Shown: one piece after another, positions 36,170 to 48,889 of the stretch
Position numbering within the stretch: the first letter of the stretch is position 1
How the letters are laid out: every line of letters begins with the position of its first letter
From: Felis catus
Taxonomy: Eukaryota
Length of the DNA: 64,000 bases
NCBI RefSeq assembly: GCF_018350175.1
Contig: NC_058373.1
Span: 116,686,001-116,750,000, forward strand
Reading direction: 5' to 3'
Translations under genes and position numbers: made by a program
The notes under the pieces: model-generated
Databases searched by the model: none
Told to the model about the DNA's origin: nothing
The model's input: the letters and a program-made list of their open reading frames with translations, nothing else

Positions 36170-37904
36170 AGAAAGTGAGGATTTTAAAAAGAATGTTAAT
36201 GCCGAAGCTGCTCATGTTCGTAAAAACATAGGACCCTCGTTGAATATTCTTTGTTACACAGCAGCAGCTTACTGGGTTTCCCTTTTGCCATTGTGGTGCC
36301 TTCCACTGAGAGACTGGTTGGAATTTTATTAGGCAAATATTGCCAAGTTTTTGATTATTTGATAAGTTTGTGTTACTGGAAAGCATTCAAACTTTGATTT
36401 GTTGGCCTCACAATGTGTTTTTAGTTGTAAGCATCAAATTGAGATCTTTGTATTTCAGTGGTTGAAGAGAGCAGATTTTAATTTGTCGCCAAAAGTCATT
36501 AATAAGTAATGATTTATTTTGCTACCTGCTTTACCTGTGAAACATTTGGATTTTACACGATGATGTTCAATAGTTCTGAACCGTGTCTTTTTATCTACAA
36601 TGTTGGGATAGACAAAGACAGCTTGATGGATTTTTTTGTTTTTAGGCAAGATTACAATTAATCTCTTTTTGGAAGGGATTTGGATAAGTCATTTTCAGTG
36701 GGTCTCCCAGTCCTCTTCTCGGTTCCTTACAGAGGGCTGCCTTTTTCCTTCTCCACCTTTCTCCTTTTACTTCTTTCTCCTTTTCCGATGAGATGGGGTT
36801 GGGGGAGAGGGTAGCGGTAGACAGGTTTGACTTCTCTAAGTGGAGGGTGAGCAGAAAACTGAGTTCAGGTAAAGAATGAAGTGCTGGACCTGAGCTGGGA
36901 AAAAAGTTAAAGAGGAAAGAGCTTGGGTGAGAAGTGTGTGGTCTTCAAAAGTAAAACACTAAGGGGAAATTGGGAAATTGCTAACTCTGCCATTACTCCG
37001 TCAACTGTTTTTTTTCTGTGACTTCAGCTGCACCAGATAGCCACTGTCTCCCGACCAAAGTCTGGGGACCACTTTTGAGCAATAGTTAACTTGTCAATGT
37101 TCTCTTCCTCCCCATAGTAGATGCTCAGTTAACAGAAAGTGTGACTGACTTACTGACTTAACCACAGGAAAAAAGATAGGCTTACTTGTTCCTTAAAATA
37201 ACCAGCCCAGTTTGCTATCAGATGAGTCCCTCCTTCATTAATTTTGTGAGGAGGATAGGATAATAGGTGGAACACTTAAAAAAAAAATTATGCACTAGGA
37301 TCTCTCTTATTTTCTCTAGGGGAATGAAAAGTATGAGAAGCTATTCAGGTTTTAAGATAAGAGGGCACACTGTTGTCTAGCTCCCGGCCAACCATTCTTA
37401 CATTTCATTTCTGTCCTGTCAATTGGTTGAATTAAAATTGTATCCTGAAATGTTGTCACATTCTTTGAGATTCTTGGAGTCCCCTAGAGGTGGTGTGAAA
37501 CCACAGCTCAGAATCACTCCTTGGGGATAAAATCCCTTGTCCAGGAAGGCAGTTTAATCTCTCAGGTCTGGAGGAATGTGATCTGGATGCTTGAATGTTT
37601 CTCTTCTGCCTTTTCTAGTTTGTTACTTCAGATCTCTGTCCTTATCACCACGACTTTAAACTTGATTGTCAAGTTCACTTTCTTCTTAATGGTATAAAAT
37701 AGAGGCAGAATCATGGTACTTTTTGGGAAGAATTTGTGTCTGTCTTCTGCTATTTCTGGATACAAAAGGCAAAGTAGACCCATTCTTACAGGTTTCAGTG
37801 CTTAAAAAACAGGGACAACAAAGATGAACGAGAAAGGAGGGAAGGAATTGGGGGAGGGAGGAAGGAAGAAAGGGCCAGCAAGAAGGCAAGAGTCTGGTTT
37901 CTTT

Positions 37905-38101
37905 CCTTTTTCTTTTTTTTTTCCTTTTGAGAGAGAGAGGCGAGGGAGGGGCACAGAGAGTTGGAGAGAGAGAGACTCGTAATCAGGCTCCATGCTGTCA
38001 GCACCGAGACTGACGTGGGGCTTGGACTCAGGAACCCTGAGATCATGAACAGAGCTGAAACTAACAGTGACACTTGAACGCTTGAGCCAGCCGGGTGCCC
38101 C
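37905..38101 (-). mobile_element. Older SINEC
   Basis: TSD aagagtctggtttctt. Confidence 0.92.
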
Positions 38102-39584
38102 AAGAGTCTGGTTTCTTAAGCAGTTACTGTTTTTCTTTTACAGACCCCCCACCCCCCACCCCCCACCCCCCCCTTTTTTTTTTTTTTCTGACATGTTTAT
38201 TGAATGTAGTGTACCACTCACTGCAGTCATGGGGGTTTCAAATCTGGGAGAACACTGTTATCTATAAAATAGTTTCTTAGTTACTGTTTCTCAGATGTTT
38301 TTTAGCACAAGAGAAGACACAGTTATTTCAGATTATTTCAAATTTGTTAGTGGTTTTCCTCCAACGGCACAGGACAACATTGTTTTTCTGTGACCTTTAA
38401 AAAGGCCACGGGGTCTGTTAGATGCTGGGATGCTCCCTGTAACCCTGTCTAGATTCGGCCCACATTCCCAAATGAGATAATGGATACAAAAATGCTCTCT
38501 AGTAAACTGTAAAGTATCATAAGTAGAAGTATTACAAACAGTATCATCTGTAGTCTTTACTATTATTCTCTGCTAGAGTGGGTGACTCTCAATACTCTGT
38601 TTAGTTCATGACCTCCATCTGAGAACTGACTGCTTTCGACAATCCTGTTTCCAGGGAATAGCTGTTTCTTGATTATGCCATTTTTTATCTGCTTGGACCT
38701 TTTGCAGAAGTAAATGATTTGCATATTGAACAAAAGTTGTAGCATATATTGCATTAAAATGCGTTTCTGACATTTCATAATATTTACAAATACAGGGGTC
38801 ACTGCCCCTCATATACGGCAATAATGGTGTATTGGCAATGACCCTAAAGTTCCTGGCCACGTGAAAAATACCTTGCTTTTCTAATTAACTATTTCAGAGT
38901 CTCAGCCACACTGCTTGTTCAGCAGGGGGACTGCTTCTCTGGCAGATGGGCTTGTAGCCTCTGTTGAGCTTCTATGTAGAATATTGCTGTTTTGATTTAA
39001 CTCTTCGCCCTCAGGCTTTTTAATTTGTACATAGTCATGTGAAAGACTGTTCCGAGAGATGTGTGGCCTGGTCTACAGCAGGTATAACTTGCAAGGAGAA
39101 TTAGGAGGGGGAGAAAGACATTTCCTTCCTCCCTCTCCCAGAGTGACTGGAAAGCAGAACCATTTTTGTCTGTTTCAAGTCCTCAAGCCCCTATGGGGGA
39201 AGAGATGCTGCTCCTGCAGATACGGTCCCAACAAGTGCCTCCTTCAGTGGGATGATGCCATGTCACATTTGCAAGCAGGACTGAGCGTGCTTCTGCACTG
39301 GCAGCGGCTGCCTCATCAGAAATGCTTCCTTGGATTTCACAGTAAACCTGTACTGACTCTGCGGGAGCTCTAAAACCCTGTCCTGGAGATTTGACATTCG
39401 TGGTAGCTTGCTGATAGTTTACACGGACAAGCCACTTGGACTTATTTCAGAACACTACTTGCTTGCTATCAGCGGCTTGTTCCTCTGAAGGGAGGAGATG
39501 GGCTAGTTATTGCACGTATTCTAAGACTGTCTGATTAGAGGGACATTTCTTGCTTACGTTGTATTTTCTTTCCCTTCCAACATA

Positions 39585-40062
39585 CAGACCTTCCTCCACT
39601 TCGGATGGGTTCCATCCCAAGAAACCCATCCTAAGTTGAAAAGAGTGTAAGTCAAAAGTGCATTTAATACACCTAGCCTACTGAACATCAGAGCTCAGCC
39701 TAGCGTACCTTACGTGTGCTCAGTACACTTGCATTATTAGCCTCAAGTTGGACGAAATCATCCCACATAAAGCCTGTTAACCAGAAAGTGTTTAATATCT
39801 CGTGCAGATTGTTAAACAGTGTACCGAGAGTGAAAAACAATGGCTGTCCGTGTCCTTGTTGCTTACCCTTCGGATCGCGTGGCAGACCAGGAGCTGCGGC
39901 TGGCTGTCACTGCCCAGCATCACGAGCGAGGATCTTAACACGCATCACTAGTGGGGAAAAAGATCAAAATTCAAAATTCCAAGTACACTTTCTGTTGCTT
40001 CCACACGGTCGTAAAGTCGGAAAATCATTAAGTTGGACCATCATCCTAAGTTGGGGACTGTC
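39585..40062 (+). mobile_element. Tigger5/MER47-type non-autonomous DNA transposon
   Basis: TA|CAGA start; aaacccatcctaagttgaaaa, gcatttaatacacctagcctactgaacatca; ends taagttggggactgtc. Confidence 0.85.
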
Positions 40063-42068
40063 GAAATCAAATCAAATATATCGAAATCAAATTCTATGAA
40101 ATGCTGTGATAAAGTGGAGTCCTAGAATTTGCCTTTAGGAATTTTGGATTGTTTAAAGCTCAGTATTGTAGCTAGGCTAGCAAAAAAGTTCTCCGTTATC
40201 TTGGAAGTGATGTCTTGACTGAATAAGAAAAAGAAGGGTAAGTAAGGTTGCAGTGGAAACACTTGGTTTACCTGATGAAAACATTTGAACTCTTATTAGC
40301 ACAGAAGTCTCCTCCTTCAAAAGAGATGATATTTAAACTTAATTATTTAGGCATTTTAAGTTGTTTGAAATCAGGGCAAAATCGAGAGTACCCAAACCTA
40401 CAGTGAGAAGAAAGTCCCAAGTTGTAGCTTCCACATCAATCAGACTTATTTACACTGCAAGGAAGAAATTTCCTGTCTCCACCTCTAGTAAGTATATATA
40501 ATCCTCTACTGCATCTGAGGTGAATGAGCTCTTCTGCTGGGCCATTTATTAAATGTTAAGTTCAATCCATTGGTGAGTAAATGAACCTAGAGACCATGGT
40601 CCATATTTAGAGTGTTTGGCTAAGCTAAGAATTCTCAACGTTTGTTAGTCTGTGATCTCTCCACTTTAAGGAAATACAGGCCTAACTGCATAGTTATTTG
40701 TTAAAAGTAGCAAAACAAATCACTTACAGGGCAGGAAACAGATGGGTCGTTGCATACTTCTTTCTCTAAAAGATAATCTATGTTGACACCCTGTGTATTT
40801 CATTCAAACAAGAGGTTCCAGTCCTTTGCCAGATTCTCTCTTACTGCTTCAGGCGAGCAGGATAGCCACTGGAAGAGCATTCCTCAAGGTTCTCCTTTCC
40901 ACACCTTTTCTGTCGGATGGCACAGAGGGATTCTGTACACCTGGGACCGGCAGTGGTTGCCTGACTCCTGGGGTAGGAGAGACAGAGGAGCCAAAGGCAG
41001 CTTCAGGGCTGGCCTCCTTCCCAGCACCCCACCTCCTTCATTTTTCCATCCTCCATGCTTCCCTCCCTGCTCTGTGACATCCTGCTCCTCTCCACAGGTG
41101 ACCTCTTCACCCCCTCCATCCCATGGTCCGCTTGCCTTCGAGATGTTGATCCTTAGTCGTGTCATTCTGTCTCTCCCTTCTCATCCCTTCTTTGCCTGTG
41201 AACAGCCTTCAGCTCTTTCTCTGTCCAGCACAGATCTTCCCACCTGTCTCGGGTCTCTCTCATGCTGTCCTGTCTCCAACATGGGGAAGACAAGCAGGGG
41301 GGAGGGGAGGGTTACCTCATCACTCTCTTATACCTTTCGCCCTTAAGTTTTTTGTTTTTTATTTTTTGAGATATGATATACATGCAATAAAATGTGTCAA
41401 TCTGAAGTGTTAAGATTTAGGTTGTTTCTAGTTTGGGCTGCTATGAATAAGGCTGATGTAAGCAACCTTAGGAAGTCATTTTGTGGACGTATATTTTCAT
41501 TTCTCTTGAAAAAATACCTAGGAGTAGAATTGTTAGATCATAGAGTACATGTATGTGTTTTACTGTATAAGAAACTACCAAACTCTTTTTCCAAAGTGGT
41601 TGTGCCATTTGCTACCAGCAATTTATGAGGTTCTAGTTGCTTCACATTCTTATCGGCATTTGGTGTTGTCAGGTTTCGTTTTGTTTTGTTTTTAATTTTA
41701 GCCCTTTCTGGTGGGGTAAGAGTGAAACGGTGTCTCGCTATGATTTTAGTTTGTTTTTTACTGAAGTCTTAATGATTTGGGGTACCTTTATATATCTTTT
41801 TCATGTGCTTCTTGGCCATTTATGTATCTTTTTTTTTTTTTTGGCAGAGTATCTGTTTTCAAGTCTTGATTGTTTTTCCAAATCATTATTGAATAATCTT
41901 TTAATTCTTGATATATAAGATTTCAAATATACATTAAAATATATGTTATATATTTAAGATATATATTTAAACACAGACACATACATGGTGCCTCTTGATG
42001 AGAAGGTTTTGTTTTAAACTTAGGCTTGGTCAGTGCTTTACTGTATGTTATCTAAGAAATCCCTGCCT

Positions 42069-42325
42069 GGCGTGCCTGGGTGGCTCAGTCGGTTGAGTGT
42101 CTGACTTCGGCTCAGGTCATGATCTGGCGGTTCTAGCCCCACGTCAGGCTCTGTGCTGACAGCTCAGAGCTTGGAGCCTGTTTCGGATTCTGTGTCTCCC
42201 TCTCTCTCTGCCTCTCCCCCACTTGCTCTCTCTCTCTCTCTCTCTCTCAAAAATAAATAAATGTTAAAAAAAAAACTTTTAAAGAGTAAAATAAAATTCT
42301 AAAAAAAAAAAAAAAAAAAAAGAAA
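42069..42325 (+). mobile_element. SINEC
   Basis: TSD aagaaatccctgcctg. Confidence 0.95.
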
Positions 42326-42674
42326 GAAATCCCTGCCTGTCCAGTTTTGGGAATATATTTTCCAATGTTTACTTAAAGGTACTTTATGGTTTCATTTAGT
42401 GACATTTAGTGTCTTGGTTGAAAATCAGTTGACCGTATATTTATGAGTTCATTCCTGGACTCTCTTCTGTCCCATTGGTCTGTTGTCTGTTCTTATGCCA
42501 ATTTTATGCTGCTGTCTTGGGTACTAGAGCTTTATAATTTTGAAATCAAATAATGAAGTCTTCCAACTTTGTTCTTATTTTTATAATTGTTTTGACTATT
42601 ACAGATTGTTTGCATTTTCATGTAAATTTTAGAATCATCTTGCCTTTTTTATCCCCCCATAAAAATACTAGATT

Positions 42675-42763
42675 TGTAATCTCTATACCCAACATGAGGC
42701 TCAAATTCATAACCCTGAGATCAAGAGTCACATGCTGTACCATCTGAGCCAGCTAGGCTCCCC
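42675..42763 (-). mobile_element. Short SINEC head
   Basis: accctgagatcaagagtcacatgctgtaccatctgagccagctaggctcccc. Confidence 0.8.
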
Positions 42764-43046
42764 TATAAAGCTTGCTAGATTTTGATTGGGATTTCATTGA
42801 ACCTAATTTTCAATTTGTGGAGAATAGACATTTGGGTGATGCTCAGTCTTCTCGTCCATAAACCTCTCCACTTAATTTCTCTCCGCAACATTTGGCAGTT
42901 TTCAGTAGAGAGGTTTCTCACACCTGTTAGGTGTGTGAGATTTTTTTATGCTTCTGTAAATGATCTTTTAAAATTTCATTTCTTAATTGTTTACTTACTA
43001 TTTGTATATTGACCTGCAAACCTCCTAAATCACTTGCTAGTTTTAA

Positions 43047-43048
<2 letters not shown>

Positions 43049-43086
<38 letters not shown>
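43049..43086. repeat. (GT)n microsatellite
   Basis: Seen directly. Confidence 0.95.
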
Positions 43087-43088
<2 letters not shown>

Positions 43089-43599
43089 TGTATGGGATTA
43101 TTGGTTGACATAGATCATGTAGATGTTTAAATAATGATGGTTGTACTTTTTCCTTTCCCATCTTTATACTTTTTTGAAGATTCATACTATTCACCAAGAT
43201 TTGTTTTTCTTGGCCTTACTGAACTGGCTTAGAACTTTCAGTATAAGACTAACCAGAAGGGATGAGACTGAAATCTTTGCCTTATTTGTGATTTCAGGAA
43301 AAAAGTATTCAGTGTTTCCCTGCTCCGTTTATACCTAATTTTTTTACACAGTGGCTTTTGCTCTTAACTCCTGTAATTCTTTAATCTCCTTACTTCCAAG
43401 TATACAGAGCTAAGCCAAATGTTCCTGGGCTTTCCTTTGTTTGTGACATTTGTGCTACATTATCCTCATTCTTCTCTTTCTTTTCTGCCTCATCTCCCCG
43501 AAAGTTACCTCCTCCTTTTCTTTTTCTTCTTCATTCTCTCACCTCCGTGGAAATACCTTCTTCTCTTTCACTGGCTTTCTTATTATTATTCATTTCTTC

Positions 43600-43778
43600 T
43601 TCTTTTTAAGTTTATTTATTTTGTGAGAGAGGGACAGAGAGAGGGACAGAATCCCAAGCAGGCTCCCATCTATCAGCACAGAGCCCGACGTGGGGCTTGA
43701 TCTCACAAACCGTGAGATCGTGACCTGAGCTGAAATCAGGAGTAGGATACTTAACCAACTGAGCCACACAGGCTCCCC
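43600..43778 (-). mobile_element. SINEC
   Basis: Body and head recognisable. Confidence 0.92.
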
Positions 43779-44873
43779 TGTTCGTTTACTCTTATAGCAC
43801 GTATTTATGGATCCGGCACTCTGTGGTCCAGTGTGCTGGTATCTGGCATCGTACAGGTTGATAAGGCCTGGTCTCTGTCCCCAAAGAGCTCACCCCAAAG
43901 CATGGGAAGTGCTTTGAAAGAGCGGATGGCTCCTTGGAATCCCTTGGCGGGGGTGGACATCTCACCTGGTCTAGGGGGCAGAGGGAAAGCCTTCTGGGCA
44001 GGGGCCTGCACTGCCTCTGCCCTCTTGCATGCGCAGTTACCCAAGATCAGAGGTGGCGCTCCTTTTATTCCTCTGCATGTGGTCATACCTGTTCTCAGTC
44101 ATTTCCAAGCCATCCCTGAGCAGTTTCCACATCCAGCCAGAAACACAGGTGTTGGGATCACTGTGGTGCTTAGCCCTTTGTGTCCTCTGTGGTTTTCTGT
44201 GAAGAGCTAGCCTAATAGTTCTTTAGCACTTGATGGTAGTAACTTGTTTGTCTTTTCAGGGACTCTACAGAATTTTATATGCATCAGAAATGATGTTTTT
44301 GAATAAACGAGCTCCTTGAAAACTATTGTTTTTTCCTTTGTGCCCTGTATTTTATTACTAGATAGATTTTTAAATTAGTTGAATTATGAAAATGACTTGG
44401 GAACATATTAATTTTCCAAGATAATTTTTGTGTTGGAATGTTCCCGTGAGGGCTCTTTTCCCTCCAAGCTACCGGACAGTAGTAAGTAGCTTTCTGGCTT
44501 TCTGGCTTGTTGCTGTTGGAAGAGCAGACTCATGTTCGTGAGCTACACTTCTTCAAGATTTCTGCCTAGGGTTTTCATTCTGTTTCTTTATCTAAACAAT
44601 GTCTTTTTCTTTGCTTGTCAGAATGCATCTCTTATTAAAAAGCTCTGCTTATTCTTGTAAAGCCATAATGATGCCACAGAACGCATTTCTTAAAGTAGGT
44701 ACCAACTGAGGATTAATGTATTTTCAGATCATTCAATTATAAAGCTATGAACAGTGTCTTAATGCTAATGGAATAGGTACATGAAGGGTTGTTTAGTGAT
44801 TTCACCGGAATGAAGGTGAAGCAATTAAATGCATTAAATATATACAAATTGAATTATATATTTCTTGTTTCAG

Positions 44874-44938
44874 GCAAATGTATGCTACCTAGTATCCATT
44901 AAATGTGTCTGCATAGCTTTACTGTGCTGAAAAATGAT
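44874..44938 (+). other. Candidate 65-nt non-coding exon (alternative donor at 45035)
   Basis: tttcttgtttcAG acceptor; GAT|GTGAGT donor; stops in all three frames; lies in a repeat-free block. Confidence 0.4.
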
Positions 44939-45086
44939 GTGAGTCTGTAAACCTAATTATGTAATGAGAAGTCTGTTATCAGCATTTTATTCACTGAGTT
45001 TTTATCATTTACCAAATTTACATTACTTTGAAAGGTAAAGAACTTATCTTTTATTACCAATGGATTTTTTATTTCTATCCTTACAG

Positions 45087-45110
45087 AGAGGAGTGTAGTG
45101 ATTATTGAAG
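45087..45110 (+). other. Candidate 24-nt microexon
   Basis: ttttttatttctatccttacAG acceptor; AAG|GTATTC donor; open only in phase 1. Confidence 0.35.
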
Positions 45111-46849
45111 GTATTCATGTATCAGATAAAAATCGATGTATGTGTGTGTATGTTTTATTGTCATTTTTTTAATGCCCTAAAAATTCAGTTATTAGCATAT
45201 AGTCAACAGGAGAAATCAGTGTTTTAAATATAATGTACACTAGGATGTAAACATTTGTAATATTCTTAATTAAAAATAAAATAAATATGGTTTTCAGTAT
45301 AAAAGTGAAATGAAAAGACATGATTATATATGCACCTGCTTACACTGTTGGACCAGGAGCAGTCTTTGAGCCTTACTCCCCAGACATTGTATTATTACCC
45401 TTTTTGTTTTTAAACTCAAGTTTGTTTGTTTGTTTTCCCTTAATATATGATTACAAATGCTTTACCTTTATTATAGCTAATAAGAGTTCATAGTGATTCA
45501 GGATCAGTGTTTTTCAGTGCTGAGAAAGATTTGAGAAGTCCTTCTGAAGGACTGCCATAGTGTGGCTCCCTTGGCCTTATTGAGGGCCTCACAATGGAGG
45601 ATCCATTTCCCCATAGATTGAGATTTAGTAGGTATAAATTGTTCTCATTGATTTATTCTCTTAATTCCTACCTTTTCAATTATCTTACCATCTTTTAGGC
45701 AGAGTCTTATTTGTGAGAGATTTTTTTTTGGTAATGCCCTTTGTCTTGTTCTCCTAGGCAGAGTGCCTGCTTGCCCTCACAGGGAGGGGGCTGTCCCACA
45801 GGGAAGCCAGGTAATTCTGCTATGGCCATTGCAAATCAGGGGACCTCTTTTGATTATTTCTGATGTTTTATTTATTTTCTTGTTCTCTCTGCCCAGATTG
45901 GCCAGATAGAGTTAGATCTGACAAGGTCAGCTGCAAACATGTGATATTTTCAATCACAAGTTGGCCAATCAGGAGGTTTCTATTTAGTTACTTGAACTAG
46001 GTCACCAGACACATTGTGTTAATCCTTTAGTTTAAATGGGCCATCTGTTGAGTCACCCTGGTAATTGTTCCCTTTTTGAATGCCTGTGGACCCAAGTTAA
46101 GCTGCAGCCAAGGGTGTTAGGAGTCTTTTCAAAGAGACTAATGCACTGCACCGTGGGCCCCTCTCAACTGAAACTTGCTCTTGGGGAGTCTCTGTTGCCC
46201 ACTTACTTGCTTCTGTATTCCTTTTCGTCAGTTGTGAGAGTTGTTCTGTATTGTTGTTATTTTAATTGTGAGAGTTTGAGATTGTAAAAGTTGAGGGTCA
46301 TGCTTACTGAGGATAATTAGAAAAAGGGAGAAGAGGGTTTGGGAGTAGGAAAAAGAGGCCAAACATTTGTCAGTAGCAGTAGTTTATTTCTTTGCTGGGA
46401 AGCTTTGGGGAAGGGAAGGGAGAGGATGGACAATAAACCTATTCCGTGTATTTGGGCTTTTCTGTCCCTTGGGAGAGGCCCTCTGAAGGGTATAATGGGG
46501 GAAGTCAGAGCTGAGGGTTTTAGCAGAGTAATTTAAATGAGCTGCCCAAAGCATCTGAATTGTGCATTTTACTTTGTGTTAACTGATTTTCTGGGGAGAT
46601 CTGGAAAGTAAGAGTCAAAAACATGGAGTGTGAAGTCAGTCTGGAAGGCAGTGGCCACGTAGATGGAGAGCCAGACTGAGACAGACCTCTGTAAGTATGT
46701 TATCTGTGAAAAAGAAATACCAACTCGGTCCTGGGCCCTCTTCTCTTCTCTCCCGAGGGGATGTCATCGAGTTCTGTGACTCTCAGTGCCATCCGTGTGC
46801 CTCTGTGATAACCACTTCTGGATCTCCAGCTCAGACTTGCTTCAGATTT

Positions 46850-47750
46850 AGATTTTCAGCAGCCTCCCTGGTGCCTCCACATGTCTAGTGGACATGGTTA
46901 ACACAGAGTTCTTGGTTTCTATGTAAAGTGAGCCTGGTCTCCCAGACCTCTGGTTTTAACGCTGAAGTTCCCACCTCTCGGGAAACCTCTCAGTCCTAGG
47001 CTAGGCAGACCAGCATGGTTGGCCCTCTGACTTATAGTCCTTAAACCTGGTTCTCTGCCACTCTGAATTTCTCAGGAGAATCATCCACCTAGAACCGTCC
47101 ACCCATCTCGACATTCAAGAGTTGCCCTTAATTCATCGTGTTACAGGTCCAGCAGTATGTCATGCTGCTTGCTGACATCTAAATTTTGAGCGTGCCTTGT
47201 TGTCTCTACCTTCAGAAACACCCACCTCTCTCCATTTCTCTCCATTTCTGCTGATCCCACCTTAATGCATGCCATGTGCGTGCATGGGTCATGTCTCATG
47301 CTGGGTCATGTCACGAGACAAGGCCATGGAACCCTGCAGCTGCTTCATGTTGCTCTTACCAAGGCCTCCAAGCTTCCTTACAGTCTGTTGCCATCTGTCT
47401 CTCCTACCCCAAGCCACTCCCCCTCCCCTCCAGCCATATTGGCTTTCTTTACTTTGGGCTTGCAAAGTCCGTTCATATTTTACATCTTTCCACTTGCTCT
47501 TCCTTCTGCCTGGAATGTCCTTCTTTTGGGCAGCAGATTCCTTCTTGACGTTAAAGTCGTCTTATCTTAAATGACTTCTTCACGGAGAGGCCTTCTTTGA
47601 CTGACCAGTTGACGAGAGTAGGCAACCAGCCATCTTCTGTACAAGAAAGTAAGCTCTTTGAGTGATGGTTTTGCCATCCTTGCCATCCTATCCCCAGGTT
47701 TTAGAACAGTTCACAGAGAAGTTATCCAGGAAATATTATTAATTGAAGTG
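46850..47750 (+). mobile_element. L2 fragments (3' region)
   Basis: ttccacttgctcttccttctgcctggaatgtcctt...tcacggagaggccttctttgac...ccccaggttttagaacagt. Confidence 0.7.
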
Positions 47751-47937
47751 AAGAATAAATTTAATTACCTCAAGGCATCTAATTAAAACTTTGAAGGAAA
47801 GATTTTGAAAGATTTTTAGCAAGCAAGTGGAAATTGGGGGGTATCTGTTATTGCTGCTACAAAATCTATAGAATCTCGTTGAGGTAATGTCATATAATGA
47901 CATCATCCTTTATGTTAGTTAAAATTCTTTAAGAACC

Positions 47938-48166
47938 GGGGCGCCTGGGTGGCGCAGTCGGTTAAACGTCCGACTTCAGCCAGGTCACGATCTCGCGCTC
48001 CGTGAGTTCGAGCCCCGCGTCGGGCTCTGGGCTGATGGCTCAGAGCCTGGAGCCTGTTTCCGATTCTGTGTCTCCCTCTCTCTCTGCCCCTCCCCCGTTC
48101 ATGCTCTGCCTCTCTCTGTCCCAAAAATAAATAAACGTTGAAAAAAAAAATTAAAAAAAATAAAAT
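47938..48166 (+). mobile_element. Young SINEC_Fc
   Basis: Perfect TSD aaaattctttaagaacc (47921-47937 / 48167-48183). Confidence 0.97.
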
Positions 48167-48214
48167 AAAATTCTTTAAGAACCCTTTCAAGTTTATTCAC
48201 AAATATATTTTCCT

Positions 48215-48418
48215 GGGGTGCCTGGGTAGCTCAGTTGATTAAGTGTCCCACTGCAGCTCAGGTCATGATCTTACAATTCGTGAGTTTGAGCCCTGAGTCA
48301 GGCTCTGTGCTGACGCCTGGAGGCTCTTTCAGATTCTGTGTCTCCCTCTCTCTCTGCCCCTCTCCTGCTTGTGCTCTCTCTCTCAAAAATAAATAAATGT
48401 TAAAAACAAACAAACAAA
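48215..48418 (+). mobile_element. SINEC
   Basis: TSD acaaatat(a/g)ttttcct. Confidence 0.94.
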
Positions 48419-48687
48419 ACAAATATGTTTTCCTATGTCCTGTATTTCCTTTGAGTTCATAAGTCATTCAGTGGTCAGCTGAATTATATTAAATTAATAT
48501 TAAAACTCCAAGAGCAGTTTTCAAGACTACCCTGAGTGGAAAAGTAGAATTGTCATCATGTACATCAGTCTGTGGGCCATGAAGAGAGCCTGGGAGCCTT
48601 CCTCACTTGACTTTGACCTAAGGGACTAGTTTTGGAACTTGGGTAATTATAAACCATTGCATTTCAGTGTTAAAGATACTTCCATAG

Positions 48688-48889
48688 CAGGGTCTGAGCC
48701 TCCGGACCCTGGCACTTGAGGCCAGGCAATTCTTTGTGCTGGAGGCTGTCTTACTGTAGCATGTTAGCAGTCTCCCGTGGCCTCCACTCCCTGGATGCCG
48801 GTAGTACTGCGCCCCATTTATAACAACCACAGATGTCTCCAGATACTGCCAGATGTCCCCCTGGGGACAAAATTGAAACCCACTACTCT
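48688..48889. mobile_element. MER20 (hAT-Charlie)
   Basis: ggccaggcaattctttgtg...tggatgccggtagtac...acaaccacagatgtctccagatactgccagatgtccccctggggacaaaat. Confidence 0.88.

Larger units (their letters stand above)
41345..43320 (-). mobile_element. Old L1 fragments (ORF2 and 3' end)
   Basis: tacctaggagtagaattgttagatcata, tttttccaaagtggttgtgccattt, ttgaaaatcagttgacc, ttttgattgggatttcattgaa. Confidence 0.8.

Noticed and set aside
40780..41346. Longest ORF in the track (188 aa)
   Set aside because: Low-complexity Pro/Ser-rich translation of CT-rich sequence; no recognisable domain or exon structure
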